A stretch of DNA of 64,000 nucleotides from NCBI RefSeq assembly GCF_009914755.1, contig NC_060926.1, one strand, 5' to 3'. Below the pieces are notes generated by a model. The model did not search any database and was not told where the DNA came from. It saw only the letters and a program-made list of their open reading frames with translations. Positions within the stretch are counted from its first letter, which is position 1, and each line of letters begins with the position of its first letter. The translations under genes and the position numbers were made by a program. This stretch comes from the human T2T-CHM13v2.0 reference genome, Homo sapiens. Below are positions 39,270 to 51,301 of this stretch, in pieces.

Positions 39270-40415
39270 ACTTGCCTAATAAATTTTTAAATGTACAATA
39301 TTGTTAATAAAGTATACTGTAGGTATACTCTTGTACAGATCTCTAGAACTTACTTCTCTTGCTTAAATGAATATTATATGCATTGAAGAGCATCCCTTCA
39401 TTTCTCCTTCCCCCAGTCCCTGGAAACCACCATTCTACTCTCTGTTTCTATGAATTTGACTATTTCAGATATCGTATCTGTAAGTGGAATCATGCAGTAT
39501 TTGTCGTTTTGTGACTGGCTCATTTCACATAGCATGATATACTCCAGGTTCTTCCATGTTGTCCCAAATAGCTGGATTTTCTTCTTTTTAAAGGCTGAAT
39601 AATAATCCATTGTGTGCATATGCCACATTTTCTTTGTCCATTTATCCATAAATGGGCATTTATGTTGTTTTTATAACTTGGCTATTGTACATAATGCTGC
39701 AATGAACATGAGAGTGCAGAATAAATTAAAGATTTTAATGTAAGACCAGAAATGGCCCAAACTCCTGGAAGAACACATAGGGGAAAAGTTTCATAACATG
39801 AATCTAGGCAACATTTCTTGGATATGACACCAAAAGCACAAGGAACAAAAGCGAAAGTAGACAAGTGAGACTATCAAACTGAAGAGCTTATGCACAGCCA
39901 AAGAAACAGTCAAAAGAGTGAAAAGGCAATCTATGAAATGAAAGAAAATATTTGCAAACCATGTATCTCATAAGAAGTTAATATCCAAAATATGTAAGGA
40001 AGTCACACAACTCAATGGCAAACAAACAAACAAACAAACAAACAAACAAACAAACAAACATCTGATTAAAAATGGGCAGACTTGAATGGACATTTCTCCA
40101 AGACGTACAAATGGCCAACAGGTATACGAAAAGATGTTCAGCATTTACTAATAATCAGAGAAATGCAAATCGAAAGCACAGTGAGATATCACCTGTTAGA
40201 ATGGCTATTACCAGAAAAACCAATGTGTTGTCGAGGATGTCGAGAAATTGGAACCCTTGTACACTTTGGGTAGAAATTTGAAATAGTGCAGTCACTATAG
40301 AAAACAGTATAAAGGTTCCTCAAAAAATTAAAAGTAGAACTACCATATGACCCAGAAATCTCACTTCTCATTATACATCCCAAAGAATTAAAATCAGGAT
40401 CTCAAAGAGATGTCA
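39270..40415 (-). mobile_element. L1MA-type 3' end with inverted 5' part; contains (AAAC)n at 40019-40060
   Basis: Antisense L1M 3' UTR to about 39720 (atgagagtgcaga), then sense ORF2 C-terminal sequence ending ggatctcaaagagatg. Confidence 0.8.
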
Positions 40416-41658
40416 GGACACATCCTATAATGTTGATACAGTGTTTTCATTGTCTTTATTTCAACTTCAATCTGTTTTGGTTATTATTTTCCTTTAAGAT
40501 GTGTATTATACATATTATTTCTAAATTCCCAAGTGGTTGGATAATATGGGGGCTACCTTAGAATTGTCTATGTTTATTATTGCCTATGGTTAGATGGAAT
40601 GGCCTGTATGATATCAACTTTGAGCATTTTTTGGTATTTCCTTTGTGACTTTGTGCACTAAAAATAAGTTTTCCATGCAAACCTAAGAAAAATTAACACT
40701 GATTTCCAATAAATTTAGACATATATAAATATACAATTTCATTTATATATAATATATTTCATAATATGAACATATATTACATAGAATTATATATATATTA
40801 TGTATTTTAATATTTTGACATTAATAGATACATACAATTTAACATATATGTATTTATATATTTATAAGTTGAATTTTGTTAACTATTTACTCTTTATATT
40901 TTTAATTCTTACTTTTTTTTGCTTGATCTATCAGTTTCTCTTAGGGAGTATTAAATTACCTTACTATGACTGTATTTTTAATCAAATTATGTTATTATTT
41001 TATACCATTTGCTTAGATTACTTTAATTCTAAGTTTTTTGGTACCTAAAGGTTCATGTATGCCATATCTTCTTCTTCTTGTTTCATACCTTTTATCCTAA
41101 TGAAATATTCATCTTTGAACCATTATTGATGTTTTTCTTAACTTCTTTGTTAGCTGTGCATACCATTACTTCACCACTTGAAAACACTTTTTTTTTCTTT
41201 GCATTTTAACTTCTCTGAAACCTAGATACGTGTTACTACAATGGATGGCATCTTACTATATTGTCAGCCAAGTGGCAGTCATGACACAGTGGTCATTGCC
41301 TATGCATTTGCAAATACAGTTGGTTTTTCTGATGCCGTGGTTGGACAAATGTTCCCCATCTGATGTTTCATTCAATACATCATCAAGAAAAAACATTCAT
41401 TGAAGGAATATGAACCTGGTTGTTGGTGATGAACCTTCTATTCACACATCCTATAAATTAAAAAAGCAACAGCATCAAAAGTTGCTGAATGGAGGTCAGC
41501 AGCTTGGAATGATGTCTGGAGATAAGGGTGGATAAATTAAGAAATGCTGTATCACCAGTACTCTTGTTGACACAGGAGAGTTTTATCAGAAGCAAACGTT
41601 GGTGATTCTGAGTCAGAAGTGATTAAGCAGAATCACATTCAAAATGTAAGAAGTTTTA

Positions 41659-41968
<310 letters not shown>

Positions 41969-42932
41969 TTAGGAATACTTTAATTGACTAATCTCATTTA
42001 TATTTACCTTTTTGTGAATGAAAAGAATACTAGATTATAAATACATGTCTTTAAAACAGCTCCATTTACGTGTATGACTCTAAGAAAGTATTGTATTGTA
42101 ATTGGGCAATTTTTTTTTCTTTTTGATAGTACATAAAATAATTGTACATCTTACAATCCATGGCATTTTAGAGTCAATGTAACATGATATTGTCAACTGC
42201 TTTTTTTGTGTTAACATTTGCTTGACATATATCTTCATCAATTCCTACATTTTCAACCTTTTTGAATTATTTTCCTTTACACGTATCTCTTATCAACAGC
42301 ATATAGCTAGACGTGTGTGTGTATTTGGTTTAACAAGTCATCTGATAGTTTTTGTCTTTTTATTGAATTTGGCCCATTCACCTTTATTTTGATCACTGGT
42401 ATGCAGAATTAAATATGACATCTTTTCTGTCTTTTTCAATTTGTCTTGTTTTATTTTGCTTTTCATCTTTTTCTGATAGTTGAATCTGATATACTTTGGA
42501 GTATTGTTGTAATCTACACAAACCTACTAGTGAGTTCTTACTTGTTAAGTAATTAGTTTAGTTTTTTAGTGCAGAAATTGTGATATGTTACATAATATGT
42601 CATTACAGTACAGGAGTGTTTTGGTGATATATGGGGTATTAATTTGGATTTTTAGGTGAACTAGTTTCTTTTTTTTCAATTTGATGTAGTGAAACATATG
42701 CCACAGTATCTGAAAACTTGCTATCCAACATGGCTTTAGGATCAGATTAACCACTTGAGTTTCTGCTTTGTGAATTACTTGTTCATTGCATTTTCCCATT
42801 TTCTTCTCTTGATGCTATCGTATCTTTCCTTTTTCTTGTTGGTTTGCAGAAATTTATTATATATTTTTAAGTCTTAATTCACTATTTGTTTTAGTTGTTG
42901 CAACTATCTTATTTCAACTTGTCATCGGCTAA

Positions 42933-43290
<358 letters not shown>

Positions 43291-43799
43291 CAAATCTATC
43301 TTTTTTAAAACATAGGGTTTGAGCAATTGGATCTTTTTAGTTATTTTAAAAACAACGTTAAACTTTACCAAATTATTAATATGTCTTCAACCTTACCTAC
43401 TGAATATTGTGAATAATCATCCTGGATGTATTCCTCTGCATTTGGAGTGCTTCTTTCAAGAGGGGTTTCAGAAGCAGGCTGTGTGGGGCAAAGCTTCTTA
43501 GCCTAGGAGGCTCCCTGAGAACAGCTTTTATGTTTTTCTGTATGATGATAATTCCAGGAAAGGTGATTTTTAGGGGACTGGTATGCTGGAGAGAGAACAA
43601 GGTCATCAAGAATTAAGGTAGCCTATAATAAAATTGAAGTTTGGAAAGAAAAAACAAATGTTAGGGAAAGGCCAGAGTGATCTAGGTCCCCAGGGGGTGA
43701 CTAACTCAGTATCCAAGAGAAAAAGCAAAAAAGTAGAGAGATGCAAATGAATTTCGAGACAGAGGTAGGGTGACACTAATGTAGTTGGTCTATGTGCAT

Positions 43800-43995
43800 T
43801 TTTTCTGCTGAATGAATAGTGTGCTGAGCATATTATCCTTCTTAACCACAATATCCACCATGAAAATTATTTCTATTTTGTGGAAGGGAAATTGGGGACT
43901 CAGAGCTGTGAAGAGACTTGACTGAATCCATGTAGCTAGAAGCAGGCATCTCCAAAGTTTGGACTCACAGGTGCTGAATATAAAAACCTTATACA
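43800..43995. mobile_element. MIR remnant
   Basis: attatttctattttgtggaagggaaattggggactcagagctgtgaagagacttg matches the MIR core. Confidence 0.6.
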
Positions 43996-44899
43996 TTGTA
44001 TGCAGTAGTAATCACAAGTATCTTCCATTGAACCCCTCTTCATTTCCAGGCACTGGGAATTGGGAAAAGGGCACTGGGAAAACCTGGGAGTCAATGCTTC
44101 AGGCTTCAGAAAGATGCCTCCGTCTTCTGGACTTCTGAAAGAGGGAATTTGAGTCTATCGTTAGGGACCAGGATGCCCACAGTGGTGGCCTGCCCTAGGC
44201 TCTGAGGTACAGAGGCTTGTTAGGCGGAGCCAACTTTGTTCAGCTCTAGGAGGTGTACTCTTGACCTCAGGGATTGTCCATGTACAGATGGAACAGCATC
44301 CAGTAACCTGACTTGGGAGAGTCCCTGAAAATGTTGATGTAATCCCATTTCTTTATTTTTACTGTCTGGGGATTTCCCTCACCTTCTTTCCTTGAGTATC
44401 TCTGAGCAGTCTAACCTGTGCTACCATTGATATTTCCCCACCCAAAGCCTCAACAGGAAGCAGCTTTCTAGAGAGAGAAGTCTTCACATGCTCCTTTGGC
44501 TAAAGGAGCACAGGGGCTACTAGAGAAACTACATATCCACTGGAACATGGAGACCCCGATCCACACTGGTGTCTGGACTCCTTGGCCCAGCTCATGCTGG
44601 AAGCTACTGGCCTCTGATCCCAAGCTCACTGCTGGGCCTTTGGCCTGGCACTGGCCATCGATGAGGGTCTTTGCTTGTGCTGGAATCAAAGGGACAGCTG
44701 TTTCTTGTTGGACAGTGAGTTGGTGGGACCGTGCTCTGTGCTCCCCACTGGACACACTGTGTTTAGAAAGTAAAAACATGAGGCTGGAATAACAAGGCAC
44801 AGATAAAGCCCACTGCAAATTAACAAGCAATAATATTTCTCCCAATAATATGCTGCAGCTGTAGTATCATAACATTCCTCTTCTTTGAGTGGCTACTAT

Positions 44900-45390
44900 T
44901 TTTTTAATCACTAAGAGACTTTGTTCTTTACAACCATGGACAATTGGACATTTGACTTTTCAAGTTGTATGAACAAGAATGAAGCATTCCAGTTTTGCCT
45001 GAATAATATAAATCATGCTGACACAGAGAAGCAGCCTCAGTCTCCAGCCTGTGAACAAAGCTTCAGATAAAAGGTTTCTGGTCACAACATTCTACATGTA
45101 TCTTAACTTTGTAGTTTCACAGGACACAGACCCTAGATCCTCTTTACACTACTGACCTAATGTAGACCCCTCTCCATACAGCACTTTTTGCTTTGAGTCC
45201 ATCTAAACTTTGCTTCATTTAAATTTTGCCTAAATATTACTTTTCCCCCAAATCCTATACATTGTCTTTCTTCCTTGCTATGGCTCAGGTTCCTGATGGA
45301 CAGTCTCTCTTACTGCAGTAAGTCAATAAATCTGACTTTGTTGGACTACAGAGTTGTTCCTGTTGATTTTAGGCTGATGGGGCGGGGACA
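44900..45390 (+). mobile_element. ERV1-type solo LTR (MER31/MER34-like)
   Basis: LTR-style 3' end gtaagtcaataaatctgactttgttggactacag...ggggaca. Family from recall; 5' limit approximate. Confidence 0.45.
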
Positions 45391-45891
45391 ATGTGATAGT
45401 CAGGCACAGGACCTGCCCAGATGGGTCCTAATGGCAGACCCAGTGCACATAATATTTTAGATGAGTGACTAAAGTATGCATTGCTACCCCTATTAATGAG
45501 CCATCTTCCTTCACCAGCACTGCTTAGTGCTTGGGCTTAGCCATCATTTCAGACTGAACTCCACTATTAGTCCTGTCTGGATTAGGAAGCACCCATTGAT
45601 ACCAATGACCTTGGCCATGGATGAAGAATTGGTTTTTGCCACGTTAATTGTTAGTGCTTGAGGGGAGGGGTAATAGAGGTAATCCCTCTTTCCCACTTGA
45701 GTTATGAACCAATTGAGAAGTAAGACAAAGACTTTTTTTTGTTTATTGATACATTTATTATTGATAAAGCTGATATTGATTGTGGATTATTTCTGCAAAT
45801 GAGTAAAGCACAGAATGAGACAATGAGAATTGCAGTCACACATGTCACAGTCAGAACCACAGGGAAGATGGCTCTCATAAAAGTACAAATC

Positions 45892-46010
45892 ATGGCTGGG
45901 CACGGTGGGTTGCACCTGGACTCTCAGCACTTGGGAGGCTGAGGTGGGAAGATTGCTTGAGTTCAGGAGTTTGAGACCAGCCTGGGTAACACAGCAGGAC
46001 TCTGTCTCTT
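45892..46010 (+). mobile_element. FLAM/Alu monomer
   Basis: ggctgggcacggtgg...gggaagattgcttgagttcaggagtttgagaccagcctggg, followed by a GAA/GGA tail. Confidence 0.85.
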
Positions 46011-46134
46011 GGAGAAGAAGAAGGAGAAGGAGAAGGAGAAGGGTGAATCATAATCGAACAGAGAAAAATGAAAGCTTTCTTCAATTCTATTTGCTTTCAG
46101 TGGAAAGTAGGTAGACAGCAGTTGGACCACACAT

Positions 46135-46179
46135 GAAGAAGAAGAAGGAGAGGAAGAAGAAGAAGAAGAAGAAGAAGAA

Positions 46180-46210
<31 letters not shown>

Positions 46211-46350
46211 GAGAAAAAGAAAGAAAGAAAGAAAGAGAGAAAGAAAGAAAAGAGAAGAAAAGAAGAAGAAGGAGAAGGAGGAGGAGAAGAAGAAAAAGGA
46301 GCTGGAGGAGGAGGAGGAGGGAGAAGGAGGGAGAAGGAGGAGAAGAAGAG
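46135..46350. repeat. Polypurine microsatellite complex including (GAA)16
   Basis: GAA x16 at 46153-46200, then GAAA and GGA units. Only two pyrimidines in about 215 nt. Confidence 0.97.
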
Positions 46351-46849
46351 TGAATCATGATGGAACAGAGCAAAATGAAAGCTTTCTTCAATTCTATTGG
46401 TTTTCAATGGAAAGTAGATAGACAGCAGTTAGTCCACACACTCTTAGTTTCTCATATGTAGTATGACCACATAATTTATATATAAGGTGTCATTTTTAAG
46501 AGGGGAAGGGGTGGTATCACTAATGACAGCAGGATAATAGGTGTGCAGCAGGATGTATGGGTTTCTTTTCACTTGGCTGAGGTGAATGAAGGCAGGAAGA
46601 AAGCCAAGTGTTTAATAGAAGGAATCATGAGGAGGAAAGAACTGTTCTTCCTTTGGAGAGTTATGTCAAAGGGAAAGGGGAGGCTAAAGCGGGCCATGAC
46701 AGCTGCACTCACAAACTGAAGGACTTGGGTGGACCTGGGAGTCCCTTCATTCTCTGCGACATCAAGGCTGAGGAACAGGAAGACAGATTTTATTCTGAGT
46801 GAGACTAGTCTTGTTAAAAAAGGTGGACTGCCTGGGAAGGAAGTCAGTT

Positions 46850-48650
46850 CCTCATTTATCCATTTATTCAGTTATTGATTTATTAATAATTCAACAAAAA
46901 TTATTAAACACAGACACAGTGTTAGGGGCTGGAAATACAATGGTAAACTAGAAAAATATCACTTCCCTGCAATCAAAGAGTTTATAAGGTAATGGGGGAA
47001 GGAAAGAAAGATAGAGGCAAATCAATAAAGTGATTACAAACCCTGTGAAGGAAACAGTCAAAAGCTGACGTAAGAGGTAGAGGAAGGAGATTACTTTAGA
47101 CATGGTGGCCAAAAAGTCACATATAGGAAGGTGACTTGAAGGAGCTAAAAAAGGAAAATATGAGAATAAACTAATACAGGTAAAAGGCTGTACATGAACT
47201 TAGCATATGCAAAGGTCCTGGGGCTGTGAAGAACTTGGCATGTTCAAAGAGCTGAAAGATTGGAATAACTGAAGATACTGATGGAAAGAAAGAGTTATCT
47301 GGAAGAGGGGTTGGAGGCAGGCCAGATGATTCAAGCAAGCCTGTAAATGATGGTAAGGACTTTGCATTTTCTTCCAAGTGCAAATGGAAACGTTGAAGGG
47401 GTCTAGAGATTGGACTGGCACGGTTAAGATTTCCATTGGTAGAGATAATCCTGGCTGTCTCATGGAGAATGAATTTAATGGGTGCAGGAGTAGACGAAGG
47501 GCAATGGGCAGGAGGTGGATCCACATTCAGATGAGCCTTGGTGGTTGTCTGGCATTCAGTGGTGGGTGACAAGGAAGTTGAAGAGAGACGGGTAGATTCA
47601 AGACATATTTTGGAGATAGTCTGCTTTAGAGACAGCTTTTTTAATAGGTTGGATGTAGGACTTCAGCGAAAGGAAAAATCAAGGATCACTCCTAGGTTTC
47701 TGTTGTAACTGAGACGGAGATAACTGAGTGTTGGAATGTGCAGGTTGTGGAAGGATCAAGCGTTCTACTTAGGACATATTCAATTTCCAAGTTCAGAGAC
47801 AGTCTACATTGGTAGCTACAAATGCATATCTGGAGTTTAGAGGAGACTTCTGGGCCAGGGATAAAATTGTCAACTGATACGGCTTGGCTGTGTTTCCATC
47901 CAAATCTCACCTTGAATTGTAATAATACCCAAATGTCAAGGGCAGGACCTGGTGGAGATAATTGAATCATGGGGACAATTTCCCCCATGTGTTCTTACAG
48001 TATGAATAAGTCTCACGAGAGCCGATGGTTTTATAAATGGGAGTTCCCCTGCACAAGCTCTCTTGCCTGTTGCCATGTAAGGTGTGCCTTTGCTCTTCCT
48101 TTGCCTTCTGCCATGATTGTGAGGCCTCCCCAGCCATGCTGAACTGTGAGTCCATTAAACCTCTTTCCTTTATAAATTACCCAGCCTTGGGTATGTCTTT
48201 ATTAGCAGCATGAGAACCAACTAATACGTCCACATACACCCGTTCATGAAACAAATAGTGTCACCCAGTGAAATAGTATAAAGGAGAAGAGGATTCAAGG
48301 ATGAGTTCTGAGGAATTTCAACTACAAGAAGTCACATGAGGGGGAGCCAGTAAACGAAAGTAAAAAGAAAATTTCAGTGAGTCTGAGGAAAGCCCAGAGA
48401 GACTTGTTGCAGAATCCCTAGTATGTGCATGTAAAGATGTGTGGGAGCAGTGGAGTGTGCCTAGCGCTGATTGAGATTAGGACAGCAGAGTGCCCATTGG
48501 CATCAGGAAACAGGCAGGGGTGTCATTGATGGTGCTCAGAAGAAAGGTTTTGGTGGAGAAGTCAGATGTCAGAGGTCAGACTGGAGAGTGCAGAGTACTG
48601 AAGGACTAATCAGTAATCAGGCATGTGCAAATGAAAATAACAGTGAGAGA
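46850..48650 (-). mobile_element. L2 LINE fragment
   Basis: catttattca-type tail, gcaaaggtcctggggc and aggaaaaatcaaggatcactcctaggtttct motifs. Confidence 0.7.
47875..48228 (+). mobile_element. THE1 (MaLR) solo LTR nested in L2
   Basis: tgatacggcttggctgtgt...ccaaatctcaccttgaattgtaata...cattaaacctctttcctttataaattacccag; TSD tcaac/tccac. Confidence 0.9.
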
Positions 48651-48656
48651 TTATAT

Positions 48657-48980
48657 CAGTGGTCCCTAAGTTTTGTGGCGCCAGGGACTGGTTTCATGGA
48701 GGACATTTTTTCCATGGACTGGGGATGTGGGTGTTCTTAGAAGATCATCATGCATTAGATTCTCATAAGGAGCGCACACATAAATCCCTTGCACACGCAC
48801 TTCACAATAGGGTTCACGCACCTATGAGCATCTAATACCTCCCACTGATCCGAAAGGAGGCAGAACTCAGGCAGTACTGCTCGCTCGCCTGCCACTCACC
48901 TTCTGCTGTGCAGCCCGGTTCCTAACAGGTAAGGACTGGTAACGGTCCATGGACCATGGCCTAGGGGTTGGAAACCCCTG
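48657..48980. mobile_element. MER1 (MER1B-like) hAT DNA transposon
   Basis: cagtggtccc...ccagggactggtttcatgga...gcattagattctcataaggagcg...ggggttggaaacccctg. Confidence 0.85.
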
Positions 48981-49580
48981 CTTTATGTGCTAGAATAATA
49001 AAACTTTTTAAATTTTTAAAAAGTAAAAATGTAGGGCAGGGAAGAATGAAAACACCATTGGAAGTGTAAATTTTAAAAAAATTTCGGACCATGGCCTAGG
49101 GGTTGGAAACCCCTGCTTTATATGCTAGGACAACAATACTTTTTAAATTTTTAAAAAGTAAAAATGTAGGGCAGGGAAGAATGAAAACACCATTGGAAGT
49201 GTAAATTAGAAAAGCCACATCCAAGGGCAGATATTATCTATTGAAATAAAGAATGGACTTACTCCATGGTCAAGCAATTCATTTATCTATTTTTTTCAGC
49301 TATCTTGTCTAAGATCACTTATCTATTCCAAAGAAAGTCTTGCATGTCTGCACAGAAGGCATACACTAGAATGTTCATTGCCACATTGTTTGTAAAAAAA
49401 AAAAAAAAAAGTAGCAAAATGTGGAAACAGCCTAACTCTCCATCCATGAAGGAATGGCTAAACAAAGGATGGTAAAACCATTCTGTTGGGTGCTCTGCAG
49501 CAGTTGTAAAGGAATGAGACAGCCATCCATGCCAGTGTAGACAGATATTTGAACACATTTTTCAGTGAAAAAATGAGTTG

Positions 49581-49904
<324 letters not shown>

Positions 49905-50630
49905 TTATTATTCCAGTTAGAGAAACATGCACGCACATGGACACATACATACAGATGCACAGGGGTACACATAAGACAACATTGTATGCTTCCAATAGAG
50001 CCTATGAGTACGTAAATGCATAAGAAATAGCCAGAGTGACACCAATTCATAACAGTGGTTACCATTGGGGTGGAGAAAGAGGAACTAGGATCTGGGGGGA
50101 AAGAATTTGGATTTATCTGGTATATTTTAACTTTATTTCAAGATGAATGTGTTGATGTATTAATAACTGAAAAATTAACGTTTTTAAAAGTGAAAAGTGT
50201 AAACAGCATGTGAAGAAAGTAGCTTTAGCAGAGGCTGTGTTTCTCAAATGCTGTGGTCCCCGTTATGTTCTGTATGCTTGAAAATTTTCTGATACAATAG
50301 CTAGGTGTTGTTCTGAGCAAATCAGTGGATGAAAGAGTGGATACCCAGGGTGGCTACTCGGTGCCTACAGTAGGAGGCCTAGACTATTACTATTCCATTG
50401 TAAGAAACAACTGACTGTCTTTTCCATGGCTATAATCCCTAACTTTTTGTTGCTGCATCTTTTGGGAGAAAAAGACTCATTGGGATCCTATTACATAGGA
50501 ATGGAAATATATGGTTCTGCCTATGGTAGATAAAGAGCAGCCCACATGGGAGTTAAAGGCAAATGGATGAAGAAAAATAATATACTATAAAAATAATATC
50601 ATATAGACTTGATTACATGGGAAAAACTAG

Positions 50631-50636
50631 TTTATT
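50631..50636 (-). terminator. IL36B: Polyadenylation signal for the distal IL36B isoform
   Basis: tttatt on + (AATAAA on -), about 560 nt after the 51198 stop. Confidence 0.6.
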
Positions 50637-51197
50637 TTACCAGTGTAAGATTATAGAATTTTTAAGAAGAAATGTCTTTCAATTACTTTTAATTGTATGT
50701 GTTCCTTTTAAGTTATACATACTAAACAGAGCGTTTCACTCCTCATGCTCTAGTGAATAATTGCACATTATGTAAATAATTTTGAATAATTCTGCTGTTT
50801 CTTCCATAGGACTTAACCCCTATACATCAGGAAAAGAAATAACAGATTGAGCTCTAGTAGCTTGCTGCTCTGTGGGAATTCAGGAGCAATGTTGTCTGAT
50901 CTTCCCATTTTTCATGAAAACCTTGACTTTACAATTTTTTAAAAAACACTCTAAGGACTGGACAAAACACATTTACAGGTTATGTAGTCCAAATCTACTC
51001 CTAAAAAGACTCCGACCTTCTCTAGCTTTACAGGTAAGATTTACCAACTCTTTAAAAATACATAGTGTCCTTGTTTTACAAACTCTCCAGAACCCAAGAA
51101 AAGAGAAAAATTTCTGCAACTTATTCCATTTGTAGCATTTCATTGATAGCAAACCCACTCAAAGATTGTAGAGATGGGAATCTTCCTCCCCTTATTT

Positions 51198-51301
51198 CTA
51201 CATCCTTCCTGGCATTCCTATGTTGGTCCGCATGGATGAGAAATCTTTGTCCTTCTTCCTGAGATGGTGATGTTGAAAGGAACTCTTCCACTTCTTTCTA
51301 C
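51198..51301 (-). CDS. IL36B: IL-36 beta 164-aa isoform, last exon
   Basis: cctgcag acceptor on -, (G)RKKWKSSFQHHHLRKKDKDFSSMRTNIGMPGRM*. 13+108+140+130+104=495 nt = 164 aa + stop. Confidence 0.88.

Noticed and set aside
45905-46407. Poly-Lys, poly-Phe, poly-Ser and poly-Leu ORFs
   Set aside because: These are translations of the GAA/TTC microsatellite.
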